A DNA stretch of 64,000 nucleotides from Dicyema japonicum (lineage: Eukaryota > Animalia > Dicyemida). The stretch is taken from NCBI GenBank assembly GCA_011109175.1, contig RDEW01000038.1, forward strand, positions 491,155 to 555,154, given 5' to 3'. Under the pieces are notes generated by a model, which searched no databases, had not been told where the DNA came from, and worked only from the letters and a program-made list of their open reading frames with translations. Every line of letters begins with the position of its first letter. Position 1 is the stretch's first letter. Shown piece after piece: positions 26,902 through 39,439 of this stretch. The position numbers were made by a program, and so were the translations under genes.

Positions 26902-29900
26902 ATGCAATATGATATAACCAGTGATTACATCTTGAATCCCGAAAAATATCGGCACATCGTCGACAAACATGGAAGGACCATCCTTCACTATCTGTGCATG
27001 CTCGGACAAGAGGAGCCAATCATGAAACTCTTAAACACGGACAGCTTTTCTGAAATAATCAGCAAACAAGATGTATACGGTCGTACACCCTTGCACTATG
27101 CCTTCCTACATTCCAACCTGCTATGTGCGAACCTCCTGATCGAGGTATTGTCATTTATAATTTTCAGAAAGGAGCGAACTTGCACGTGGTCGACCAAAAC
27201 TACTGTGTACCCTGCGATTTGTGCCTTCGTCGGGTAAAACGGAAATTTTGGTTGAGAGAACAAAGTCTTCCTTCAATAATTTTAGAAAAATGGTCACCTG
27301 ATGTCTGCGTGACCTCTCTGGTTTATCAACTATCTGATAAATTTGGGAACCGTCAACAAATAAAGCCGAGGATCTTCTCTTCCGTGGTTAACCAAAACCT
27401 TACAGTGATTCAGGTTTTCTGTGAAATCCATTCAGATGGCCACCAGTAAGAACCACACACTTCTCCTTACCGACACCAAACACGTTTACTCTCACGGACT
27501 CGGCACGGGGGGTCGACTTGGTCACGGAGACGGTGAAACCTACCTCGTTTTTTTGTTTATTACTGTTAGTTACCTGAACTGATAGAGGACCTTCACGATG
27601 TGACCCACGTGGATGTTTCCGACGGTTATTCTCTATTTGTGACAAAACAGTATTTTTTACCTCTTTTTAGGAACCTTGTCTACGGATGTGGAATCGTCCC
27701 TTCGGCAGATCTTTTTTCGGCTCCTTTGAACTCCCATATTTTGTCTCCAAAGTTGGTTTATTCAAGCAAATCCTTAGTCGGCTTTCCTTTAATCAGTAGA
27801 TCAAAGGGATTACCGCCTCTCCAAACTACCTGTTCATTTTCACTGGGACAGAATTGAAAATATGGGGGGTCAATACCGGACAGGCCGGAATAACCTGTGA
27901 TTTGGAGATATTTTCCAATATGCCCGTGTTTCTCCCCCTACCCGATCGTTCATCAATTATCATGGTATCACCCAGTCAACAAGCTGCTGCGGTTTTACTC
28001 TCAAATTCTGACATTATTCTTTTCTTCAAGCACAGCACGATCAAAGTCCTTTCCAGGTGCTATGATTTCACCACCAGATCTCTGAATATCCTCAAAGTCG
28101 TACTTTATTTCCAGGTTGTGCCGATCTTGTTCATGTTGAGCAATCAAGGGACCGTAATATTGCTGATAACCTTAGACTTTCTTGTGGACCAAGAATTCGA
28201 ACGTTATTCAGCTAAACTGGGCTATTCCCCCAAATTTAAGAGCTTCGATTATCGATATCGCGGTTTGTGGTGGATATCTGGTGATAATTGCTGGGGGACG
28301 AGTGTTTTTTTCTTCAATCAGCTCGATTCTTGATTATCCATATTCCGGAAGTTTGGTTTGAGGTTCTATTAGAAATTGAAATTTTTCCGCGGCCAGTTTT
28401 CGGGATTCGGAAAGCTCTGAGAATTTACTGTGACACTTTAACAGGGGCCAACGTTTATCTGCTATGCTGTGACCCGAAGAGCCTGTAAAAATCTATGATA
28501 TTCTAGGATAAAACCAATCTTGAGGACTGAGGACACCCTCCAGTCTGACATGGAATGTTTTCTTGAAAAATTCTCCAATTCTGTAATATTTGATTTAATT
28601 TTAGAGCGGGAAAATTCCTAAAGTCGTATTTTCATCGGTTTTAGCGGAAAGAAATTCCGTGAGTTTAACAGAAAATGATTTTCTAAGCAATTTTAAGACG
28701 AATTTGAGCTCTCTTCTGTCTACAACAATTTGTTCACGGAATTGGTTTTCTTAGAAATTATTTCTTAGCTGTGAATTTGTGCTGAAAACCCGTGACGGAC
28801 TTATTCGGGGGTTCCCGTGCTATATTTTATATCTTCGAATCCCTCTGTTTGCTTTGATATTCGAAGGTTCGGCGAATTTTCGTAAACATCAAAATGAGAT
28901 GGTCCTCGACTGCTCTGATCGCACATTGGAGCTACTGTCTGACTACATAGTGGACGATACTTGCCTTGCTTCTTACACACGTGGTTGTATTGGTTATGAA
29001 TGACAGACAAGTCCCTCGATATCAGGATTTTGCGAGAACTTCTGACTGTCGCAGATTTTTTGATGTTTGATCACCTAAAAACGGAATGTTCCACGATTTT
29101 GTGTGCTTATGGTAATATCTGGGTTCATTTCAGCCCATTCTAACAACGTATTCGAACTGGTCAAATTTGCTGACACTTATAGGGTCTGTCTTCTCAGAAA
29201 AGTTTGCTTTGAGTTAGTCCTTGAAGACCTTGACACGTTTTATGAACTGGAGTACTGATATCCCTCATTTTAGGACCTTTCAGCAACTTTCAGGGAGTTT
29301 GTTTGTCGAATTTGTCGAATATTTTAAATTATCACTGAGAGTATGATTTTGAGACACTACAGGATGAGTTTGATCAAGATTTGATGGATGAGGCTCAAAT
29401 TGGGGACCTTCTTCGGGGGTTTTCTCTTAACAAGTCAACAAGACGATCCAGAAAGTTCAAAAACAGGTCTCTCACTACTTCTTTGTCGGATCCTTCTGAT
29501 AAATTCATATGGGAACCAAATCAGGTGTCTAAAGACACGTGGGAGGTAAATCAGTCAAATCGGTCTTCTAAAGATATGTGTGAACTTAATCAGTCGAATC
29601 TGTCTTCTGAGAACACTGTGGGATCTCTTAATAATTCTATGGTTTCTGTGTGGTCACATTTCCAGTCCTTTCCGCATGTACGACTTAAAATGCCGAAGAA
29701 TAAAGAAAAGAGATCATTCGTGGGTGGATTATCGTTTTCAGGATGGTATTTGCTTATTACAATATTTCAGGGCTATTCGAGAAAACGCAGTCAGTAGGCC
29801 TGTTGCGGATATTATGAGGGAACAGAGGATTGCTAAGGACTTTTGTCCTCCTAGTCCCAAACCTTTTGAATTGCTGCAGGTATTAGGAGTTTTTAGTAGG

Positions 29901-30047
29901 GAGATTGAGGAACGTGCTGTAAATGAAGTGAGAGATTATTATGAATCCATAAATGGCGGAGAAGATTATGTGGTTACTGTTGTTACTGTTGATGATAAAT
30001 CTATTCCAAGTAGTACTCAGTGGCCAGCTCGTAGTCCTTTTCCATAA
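26902..30047 (+). CDS. IBTK: Inhibitor of Bruton tyrosine kinase homolog (ankyrin, RCC1 repeats, BTB/BACK, conserved C-terminus); multi-exon
   Basis: ANK repeats DKHGRTILH / DVYGRTPLH..KGAN (intron 27145-27167, 23 nt). RCC1 repeat HTLLLTDTKHVYSHGLGTGGRLGHGD. BTB-like ELLTVADFLMFDHLKTEC. C-terminal KPFELLQ|IEERAVNEVRDYYE resembles the IBTK IQIEE.AI..L..FY motif. Internal exons only partly resolved. Confidence 0.8.
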
Positions 30048-30189
30048 TTATTTTCATTTTGATAAAATGTGTTTTTAACTTCAATTTATACTTGAATAGT
30101 ATCTTGTTTTTTGTTGAGGTGGTGATGCCCCACCTTTGTCTCTATTTCTTTGTCAAAAAATCAGCGGCAAAACAGGCTCTTTCGGAATT

Positions 30190-30830
30190 AGCAGAGTTAG
30201 ATAGAAGAGAGCTTGCACAAATCGTTCCCTACTCGTATTGTCAGCCAAATGGCAACTAATAGTACACGTATCATGTGTATTGAATCTTGGTCACAGACGG
30301 TAGTCTGAGTTTCCATAAGTTTTCTACAGCGGGTATCGTCGAAAGTTCGTGAATATACCAAGTATTGTGCCGTACATGAATCTTTGACAGATCCCACAGC
30401 GCCATTTGCGGACTCTCAGTCTGTCTATTCTACCTCGTTTACAATTGCTACTTTCAACTTCAGAGAAGCGGACGACCTCGATAAACTATGGAGACGTGCG
30501 AGGAGGAAAGTTACAGGGAAAAAATTGGTAGAACTGATAGTAAAGAGCACGGGACAAGTAGAATCCTATGTTTATGGTAACGCAGNAACTGCGGAAGACC
30601 TCAATAAACTATGGAGACGTGCGAGGAGGAAAGTTACAGGGAAAAAATTGGTAGAACTGATAGTAAAGAGCACGGGACAAGTAGAATCCTATGTTTATGG
30701 TAACGCAGGAGTGCTAACTAACAAATGGACCCAATTTCCATAGCATATGATAAGACAGATGCATTTATTTCCACTATCGGATGAAAGTTTGCTTCAAAGA
30801 AATGCAAACCGTAAGATCGACTCTGGTCGA
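30190..30830 (+). CDS. Unidentified probable multi-exon protein (contains an assembly duplication)
   Basis: Long open frame 30330-30743 joinable upstream through a candidate 29-nt GT-AG intron (GTAGTCTGAG..CTACAG). No recognisable domain. Confidence 0.35.
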
Positions 30831-31453
30831 GGCAGAGGCTCGAAATGAAGGTGATCAGTAGGAACGCCTTCGCAACTTGGCTTTTTAACTAAAAATGTTT
30901 AATTGTTTTCTTTTTCCAAAAAAATAATGTTTCTTTATCAAAAATTAAAAATTAAGTGTTATATTTTTAAATACTATATTTTGTGGTTTATAAATGCTAT
31001 AATGCTATTTTTAAATTTTACCGCTATAAAAAATTACCCTACCAATCACCTTATTTTATTTGCGATTATCCCAGAAAATAATGTGCATAACCACTGCTAA
31101 AGCAAATTACTGCTTTTCTAGCATTTTCCGACTCACGCATTCACGTGCTTTTTCAACGCTATCTTATAAAATGGAATCATTGCATTCCTTAAATGACATT
31201 TGAGAAGTGTTGTCACAATTTCCCGTTTGAGCATTCAATATTGTTAAGATATAAAAATTACTGGGGATATTCATCTACCTCCACAATTCCATTAAATAAA
31301 CTGTTCCGGTGATATGGGAATTGAGTCACAGCTAATTGCAGCTCTGGCATCGACCAATTTTTGCTAGAAAATGTGTTCATAACAATTCTGTCAATCAGAA
31401 TAAAAATTAGATCAATTAAAAACAAAAATTCAAATTTTTGTAAAAAAAGTAAG

Positions 31454-31816
31454 TCAGAAGAGACGTGAAAAAGTCGTTGCAAAGTCATCTTCTATCCTTT
31501 TCATAAATGTGAAAATGTTGCCGCAGAGAAGGGAATCCTTAGACAGAAATTGAGTCCCACACCACGAGGCAAGTCCATATCCAACGATAACTAGAATTTC
31601 TACATTATTTATACTTGTGGAAAACGTCGTAGCAAAAGCGAGGCGGAAAAATCTATTTCTCACAGACAAAGTGATTGATTTTTTATATTCTGAATGCATG
31701 ATGTAAATTGCCAACAAAGAGGTAGACACAGTTGCACTTATTTGACACATTGTGCACGGTTTTATGGCTTTGTCCGATTCTTTTTCAAGCAAAATTTCCC
31801 TAACACGACTGAGCAT
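31454..31816 (-). CDS. Small two-TM membrane protein, DMAC1/DUF4536-like
   Basis: CTMC motif followed by two hydrophobic segments (ISATVSTSLLAIYI; FRLAFATTFST|IIVGYGLASW). Candidate 24-nt intron 31591-31614. Family assignment is tentative. Confidence 0.45.
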   Translation of the reverse strand: MLSRVREILLEKESDKAIKPCTMCQISATVSTSLLAIYIMHSEYKKSITLSVRNRFFRLAFATTFSTSINNVEILVIVGYGLASWCGTQFLSKDSLLCGNIFTFMKRIEDDFATTFSRLF

Positions 31817-32094
31817 ACTTCAAATTAAATTTTTATAAGTTAAATTAAGGAATTAATTAAAATTTGAATTAATTAAAATTTTACACATATTTCTTGGACT
31901 AATGTCCAAAAAATCTCGACAACACAAAAAAAGGGATTTTGGAGTGACAGAAAAGTGATCCATAGACAAAAAACATGATGTTGACACTTTTAGAGATCCT
32001 AATACGAAGAAAGTCTTGGAATAAAGATTTGATAACAAACAATACATTGTACCCTTGCTTCTCTATTACTAAACTTATAGTGGTTGTGGTGACC

Positions 32095-32505
32095 AATTAG
32101 ATTGGTTAGCGATGTCGCTTGGGTCACGAGGGTCTGATTACCACATCGTTTCCAACATTTCTATTATAGGCTTCTGCAATTCCTTATAGATGTCATGTAA
32201 TCCGCCAGGCTTAGTAGTTAATTGGCTGTCTGAAAATGCTACAGAGCCACTAAATAATGGTTTGCCGATAAAGGGAGTCGGTTATTGCTTTGGCTTGACG
32301 GGTTATGTCGTCATCAGTGAACATTTCTGATTCGTCTTTTGGTGCATTCCTTATCATATATGTCTATAAAAGACTCAACACAAGAAAAAAAGTGTAGGGC
32401 ATTCCTTGGTTCTTTTCTATGATTAGTTATGATTACTGTTCTTTACTTAAATAAAGTGTGTGTCCTGCCTTGTAGGAGCTATAGCTAATATGGCTCTTTG
32501 CAAAA
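32095..32505 (+). mobile_element. SINE-like element, family C
   Basis: 3' half (CATTCCTTGGTTC..GATTAGTTA..TACTTAAATAAAGTGTGTGTCCTGCCT..GGAGCTATA..TATGGCTC) matches 46990-47090. Confidence 0.6.
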
Positions 32506-33502
32506 GTGTAGTATTTGAACACAAAGTACCCCAAGAAAAGGAAATTGGTTGTCTTTAGTTTAATTTAGTCTTTTGAAAAAGCAATATAAAAAAGTGGTTG
32601 TATGTTTGTAATTTTCGTTTAAATTGCATTCGTGTTAATTGAATTATGGAAAGATCTGATCCTGGATTTTCTTTTACGACCCTCACGAAAAAAGCAGAAT
32701 ATGGGACAATGCACGTCTTTATGCTTGTCAGATAGGAAGTTTGCGACTCTTTCAACGGTTCAAGTGACCAATGCCAACATGTGGGTCTTGTGGCATATTA
32801 TATTGACCTATAAAGACCCAAAAGTTCCAATTTCAATCAATTCCTCATTTTACTTTAATTATTCTGATTTAAATTTGAACAGTAAAATTCATGTCTGATC
32901 ATTGAAGACTTGAATTTTTAAACCTACTTAAACCATGAAAATTTGTTGATTGGTTTTTAACACAGTTCTTTCATAAAATGTTGAATTATGAATTAACTTA
33001 TTGCTGAATTATTTAACTTCATCGATTCCCGGGTTTTTTAATCTTACAGTGATCTGACCATTTTACTGTTTCCAGAGAAAATCAACCGGGAAGAAAAATA
33101 TTCTGATAAAATTTAATTAACTATTAACATCGATTAAACCGAGAAAGAACTTAATAGTTAATAATTAAGTTCTCACTGTTGCAGAAATAGATTTTCTAAT
33201 GTCACAAAAGTCCATTTAGACCTGAGAAATAAAAAATTCCATCTTGCAGTTTTCGGATAACCCAATGATGGAGTGTGAGAAAGCGAATGATCTTTTTCGT
33301 ATCATCCTGGCATTGGGTGTCACCTGAGACAGGTGAAGTACATGCCATCACTCTACTGTAACGAACATAGATGACAAAGTAAAGGAGAAGAACATTCCAC
33401 CAAGTACTTGGTGGCGTAAGATCTGCTAAAATAAATCATCTATTGATTTTTAACCCAAATGAATTATCGTTAGTAAAATTAATTAAAATGTTAAATCTAA
33501 TA

Positions 33503-35730
33503 TTAATTTCTTACTATAGTTGAGGTGAAGTTTTTAAAGTTTTCCTCTGCTTGACATTTTCGTTTATTTTGAATATTCAATATTAAAATAATAAAGCCTT
33601 GTGGACTCACTAAAATACAGAAAATGTATTCGATTATTTTAAATTTGTCGAATTCAAGGAAAAAGACCAAGAACCAGTTAATTCCTACAAAATGTAAAAA
33701 AATATAAACCTGATACAAAGAATAAGAAAATTAAAATAGAATTTTTTGATTTTATTGATTTTATTCTTCTTCCGTAATAAATGAATTTGTAGAAAACATA
33801 ACAGTATAAAATAGTAATAATTAAAAATATAGCTGCACATGGAACTAACAGTCCTAAGTAGAATGCAGTTCCATGCAACATACATCTTAAAATATTGAAT
33901 CAAATTTTACTTTTTATCCGAATGATAAGCATTTGTGGAAACTGAACTTATGACAATAACTATTAACAGAGGTATTCCTGCAAATTAACACAAACTTAAC
34001 CCCAGTTAATTGGAAGGAACTTTAAAATCAGATTATCCAGCTTCAGACCAATAACTCTGATGAATTTTATATAATGAATTATAGTCTGGGAAAGCATCCA
34101 GAAAAACTGAGTTAGTATTCCATAGTGTAATAGTGCTCCCACAGTGACACATTGAGTATAAGATTTTTCAAATCCTGAGAAAATTCCGAATATAAAAACA
34201 GTATTTGTTATTAAAATTGAGATTTCAAGGTTAATCAACGTCAACTGAATCTGAGATTTCATCAAAAGTCTAAAATAAGTAAATTTGAACTTGATTTGTC
34301 TAAAGAACATAATAAATGAAATAATTATTGAAATTACTGATATAGATAATCCAGTAATGGTGATATATGAGGTTACAGTTTTTTTCGAATTTAATTGACC
34401 TTTTTTCGGATTCTAAATTTGTACGAAAGATTACAAATAAAACTGAAAAGCTCGTTAGATGGGAAGTAATGCATGTTACACTCCCGTTTTGATTAATTAC
34501 GGTTATCATCGTTTTATCATCCCATAATCCATGGTTCCAATAAACACATGTACATTCATTTATCACTTTCCCAATAAACTCTTCAAAAAGAATAGTCACA
34601 TTGGTGATTTTATTTTCATTATTATTTTGAATAAACTTTATTGACACAACTTTGGCGATTTTTGCTTTTTTCATAGGTGTGTAAATTTCTTGATAATCGG
34701 TTAATACCATGCGCACTAAAAATAGTATATTTTAGCCTACAATTTCCTGTTGTTTCATGATGTATTTGAACTTTAATCGTATCTACGGACATGGTGCGAC
34801 CTGATTCTAAATCCATTTTATCGATCACTGTGATTCCTCTGTGAGTTGTATTGCCATCTTGTTTAGGCTCCGTCTCTTCGATTTCCGATAATTTCCTATA
34901 AATAAAATTTCAAAACACTGTAAGTCTATTGGTCCCTCTGAATTTAAAAGGGTATCTATTTGGTTTATAACCTTAGGATTATTATAATACTAACCTCCTC
35001 ATTTTCATCCAATTCATTTTTTAGCGTTGAATTCGATGTCGTTCGTCTAGTTGTTGGTGTTGTTGTTGGTGTTGTTGTTGGTGTTGGTGTTGTTGTTGTT
35101 GGTGTTGTTGTTGTTGGAGTTGTTGTTGTTGGTGTTGTTGTTGGAGTCGTTGTTGGAGTTGTTGTTGGAGTCGTTGTTGGAGATGGTGTTACAGTTTCTT
35201 TATATATTTTTAATTGTCAACCAATCANCGTATTGGAGTTGTTGTTGTTGGTGGTGTTGTTGTTATAGTTCGTGTTGGAGATGTTGTTACAGTTTCTTTA
35301 TATATTTTTAATTGTCAACCAATAATAGTAGAAAGTCTTTCTTTTAAATCCTTATCGTTTATTGCATCTTTTAGATTCTCAAGTAATTCTATTTTCTTTG
35401 ATTTCATTGATCTTTCAGTTGTTCGTGTAATAAATCTAAAAATCCAGTTTTTATCATATTTATTAAAGTCCTATAATGAATTTATTACCCTTATTACCTG
35501 GTTTAGAAATGTAAGCATTGATGTTTTATTTTCAGTGTCGAAATAGTCATTCAGCTTATCAATAATGCCTTTAAATTAGTTAATTTTACTAACAAAATTC
35601 ATCATATTCATTGCCACTCTATTTAATATTATATTAAGCTTACATCACTTCTTGAAATAATCAAACAAAATTTCTCAATGACAAACTGGGCTGAATAAGA
35701 ATTTATAAAAATCAGCAAAAGAAACAGCAT
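33503..35730 (-). CDS. Adhesion GPCR paralog B (signal peptide, mucin stalk, GAIN/GPS, 7TM), reading frame restorable over the parts checked
   Basis: ATG 35730 MLFLLLIFINSYSAQ. Long (PTTT)n stalk. GPS CTCVYWNHGLWD..VTCITSHLTSFSVLF. TM motifs NW|GIP, C-ML, LLVP, GINWF, VSPQG. Frame maintained by 21-27 nt introns. Single-N duplication at 35228. Confidence 0.82.
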
Positions 35731-36469
35731 TTCATTAATTATCGCTAAAACCATTATAATAATGAAAAATAGGTTACCATTCACGCTTTAGAATAATTAT
35801 GCCATTTTCGGGTGAAATCATAATCACTTTTTTAATCCTCATCAGACATTGCAGTAGATCCATGTTCCTGATAGAATTTCCATTAAATGACCACATTTTT
35901 TCTAAAAGAACTTATTTAAGTGCTATTTAGAAACATCATGCATATTATTAAAACATAAATTTGAATGTTTGTCAGTTGCCTCAGACAAATGCATATTGGA
36001 GTCAGGGAATCCATCTAATGTAGGAGACATGAAGGATTTTGATGGGAGGTGGTCTTTCTCTTACATAATTTGTTCATGACCCACTTTTTTATGTTGACCT
36101 ATAAATAACCAGAAGTAAAACTTACTGTAATAATCAATTCCTCATTCTTTTTGATTATTCTGAACAGTAAATTTAATGTCAGATCATTTAAGGCTTGAAA
36201 CTTTTGTGAGTCTCAAAAATGTTGAATCGATTTTAGACTTAAAACCTCTTGGAAATTAGAAAGCCAAAATTTCTATATTGAAAAAATTGAATTAATTTTC
36301 TATGTAATTGATGTCAAGAGAACTGGTAAATAAGCAAGAACTCTGTCTTTGTCCAAGAGACTGAGTTGACATGCTACACTCAAACGCCAAAACGTTTTAA
36401 AAATAACTGTCATCGAGATATTTGTATTTCTTCACTCTTTAGAGTCTGAGAGATGTTATCCACACATTT

Positions 36470-36870
36470 GGCGTTCCAGGCGACGCTTTTCCATAGAAAG
36501 AGAGTTGTCTCGTCAGGTATTTGTAGCCTGATGCCAGTCCAAGAGCCTCCAACTGAACAGAGAATCATGCCGCTTCTATTCCCAACGCAATAACTACTTC
36601 AATACACTGTATCTAGTACTTTTCTGATAGGAATGAACGTAAATACCTTTACTTTTGAGCGTTCTTCAAATCTACAGCGATGGGTCACGCAAACATCCAC
36701 TCCGAGGTGGCCGTTGCGGCGGGGACGATGATACGAAAGGCATACATTTGCTCTCTTGCCGACGAAGTGCTGGTCGAGCCTCGCATCACGCACCCTTCAG
36801 TGACATCATTTTTCGAGCCCTCAAGGCCGCGGGATTTCCAGCCAAATTGGAACCTTTGGTGCTTTTTCTA
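36470..36870 (+). mobile_element. CRE-like element C-terminal (zinc knuckle / RLE) fragment
   Basis: CGGDDDTKGIHLLSCRRSAGRASHH..RALKAAGFPAKLEP matches 52332-52838. Confidence 0.75.
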
Positions 36871-36879
36871 ATAGGTTTT

Positions 36880-38080
36880 TCAGGACCTCTTTGTCATCAG
36901 AAATCGTCCGCGTATATCACTTCTTTCGTCTTTCCTTGATATAACGGTCTAAGTTCCCTCATAGTTGCTTCCAAATAAATTGCGAATAGTAGAGGAGAAA
37001 GAGAGTCTTTTTGTGGAGTGCCCGTGTTTGTTTCAAATTTTCTTGAATAGGTCTTTCCGACTCTCACAAGGAGCTTAGTGTTGGAAAGTAAAACTCGGGT
37101 CATCCTTAGACTCGACTCATCAAGAAATCCGCTCAGTACCCCCATTAACTTGTTCCTGTTAACCGTATCAAAAGCTCTTGATAAGTCAATTCCCAGAATA
37201 TTGGTGGCGTTATGGTATACTTGATGTGTTGCACAACTCAATCAGTGACTCCAGACCGCATCAGCTGTCGATCTCCATTCTCGAAAACTTCGACTATCTG
37301 GTAGGTATTTGTAAGCAGGTCTTTTTATTCTTTCAAGCATACTGTTTGCTAAGACTTTGCGTAATGAATTTAGTAGTATGATGGGTCGCAAATTTTCGAG
37401 CGGTCTTCTGGTTTTGTTGATTTTTTGTATGGGGATTAGTAGTCCCGTACCCAGAGATAGAGTACAGTTGGCACAAAACATTCCATATAGTAGTATTGCA
37501 ATTTTGTCATACAGGCAGTGAAGTCCGTATTTTAGTAGTTCGGAATATATTTTATCTGATCCAGGACTTCTGTTATTCTTGAGTTTTCGGCAGGCCGTTT
37601 TGACTTCCTATCTTTGAGGGCCTTCCATCAAATGGGTGGATTTCTATGGTTTCGATGTTGAAAAAGCTTTTCAAAGTGAGCCGTGATAGCTTCAGTTTGT
37701 TCTTCGGTGTTCAATGTCAGTATTTTATGGTTAGTCGACTTCGGTTTGTTCGTCGCAGCAAACGAGCAGCAACGTACACCTGTGCGTTGTTTTTCACTTT
37801 GTTTACCTCTTCTATACAGGAAGCTATTTCTTCTATGAAAAGCTTATCGTTCAGACTTTTCATTTTTCTTCTGGTTGCATTTCGCCCTGAAGGGTTTTTT
37901 TCTTATTAGCGTCAGTGGCAATTGATTTTCTCATGTTTATTTCTTTTAGACTTTTCGCAAGCTCAGGAACTTCTGGATAAGTAGTCTTCAGGTGGATTTC
38001 ACTATTCTCCCTTTTGCCAAGACATGCCTCAGCAGCTTCGTTGATGGTATCCTATGTGCGTTTCCAGAAGTCTTCCAGGA
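36880..38080 (-). mobile_element. RTE-clade retrotransposon RT region, degenerate
   Basis: NLRPIILLNSLRK, GIDLSRAFDTVNR, GTPQKDSLSPLLF, YADDF. Confidence 0.88.
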
Positions 38081-38503
38081 GTCGTCCTAGTTATTTCCAA
38101 ATAATTGTTTAATTAATACTTTAATTAAACTACAAGTTAATTAATCAAACCCCGTATGAAATTCTAATTTTCTTATTAAATAAAACAATTTATTACGAAA
38201 ACAAGACAAGAGTCGTCCTAGTTATTTCCAAATAATTGTTTAATTAATACTTTAATTAAACTACAAGTTAATTAATCAAACCCCGTATGAAATTCTAATT
38301 TTCTTATTAAATAAAACAATTTATTACGAAAACAAGACAATCAAAATAATCCAGCAGATATAATGGAATGGCGTCTCCCCTGACATCTGCCAGAGAAATC
38401 CTTTGGAACAACCATTCCGTTTTCCGACGCTTGTTGATGACTTTAGAGATCATGGACCCAAGCGATCTTTGAGAAGAGACCGTCTTGGGTCAGAAATTTA
38501 CTA

Positions 38504-38762
38504 NNNNNNNNNNNNNNNNNNNNNNNNNNNNNNNNNNNNNNNNNNNNNNNNNNNNNNNNNNNNNNNNNNNNNNNNNNNNNNNNNNNNNNNNNNNNNNNNN
38601 NNNNNNNNNNNNNNNNNNNNNNNNNNNNNNNNNNNNNNNNNNNNNNNNNNNNNNNNNNNNNNNNNNNNNNNNNNNNNNNNNNNNNNNNNNNNNNNNNNNN
38701 NNNNNNNNNNNNNNNNNNNNNNNNNNNNNNNNNNNNNNNNNNNNNNNNNNNNNNNNNNNNNN
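38504..38762. other. Assembly gap (run of N)
   Basis: Directly visible. Confidence 1.
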
Positions 38763-38935
38763 TTTATTACATTGCTTGTGGAAACTCGCATTGTAATTGG
38801 GGCTTTTTTTTACGGAGAAGAGACATACGGTGTCTCATGAGAGTGCCCCGATATAGACGACCCCAAATCTTGGCTTTCCTCTTTAGTTAATGGCTCTTAC
38901 CTTGTTTAGTTAGTTGGGGTTTTGCGAATAAATCA
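38763..38935 (+). repeat. Inverted copy of the non-coding 3' part of the Ginger-like element (23266-23400)
   Basis: GAGTGCCCCGATATAGACGACCCCAAAT..GGCTTTCCTCTTTAGTTAATGGCTCTTACCTTG is the reverse complement of 23290-23356. Confidence 0.85.
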
Positions 38936-39149
38936 TGTTATCTGTTATCTGTGGAAGAATTTTTAACTTTTGCCTTTGTTACGTTTTCAATTCTTTTGAT
39001 AATGTTGCAATTGTTCAATTCTTTTGGTTATAATGGAAATACATTGTGATTCCTTTGGTTTCAGTAATGACTCCTGTAACCATATGTTTTGGACTGATAA
39101 GTTTGACTTAATTATAGTCAAAATGTGACTGTGACTATTATTAATAAAT

Positions 39150-39385
39150 CTGACTTGGACGAATGTCTTGAAGATCCAGGTTCCAAAATCACTGAACGCT
39201 GGATTTCTGGAAAGTTCCAGCCACCATTGCCACTTGATACGAATGAACCATGAAACGCGCTGTCGTGACTGTGAGGACCCAGTCACTCAACCGATACGTG
39301 CTTTTGTGGGGTCAAGGAAGGAGCATCGGGCCAAGATGAGGTCCCTGCTAGAGCGTGCTGGGATCACGTGATTAGTTAGTTTGTG
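39150..39385 (+). mobile_element. 3' end of non-LTR retrotransposon (GIT-stop tail family)
   Basis: CRDCEDP zinc-finger remnant, ..LLERAGIT-stop, then GATTAGTTAG. Confidence 0.7.
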
Positions 39386-39439
39386 TAACCGTGATCTCTG
39401 GTGTTATTATTAACTTGTATGCTCAACTTAGTGGTAGAA

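Noticed and set aside
30461-30710. About 125-nt tandem duplication in a coding frame
   Set aside because: Joined at a single N (30586) with a few SNP differences. Typical of overlapping haplotype contigs, not a real repeat.
34960-35546. Plus-strand Val/Gly- and Leu-rich ORFs (also 12546-12731)
   Set aside because: Antisense shadows of the Thr/Pro mucin repeats of the adhesion GPCRs.
38079-38340. Perfect 131-nt tandem duplicate, superficially array-like
   Set aside because: Only two units, no spacers, and close to the gap. Not CRISPR; likely artefact or local duplication.
38403-38840. ORFs spanning the N gap
   Set aside because: Artefacts of translating Ns.
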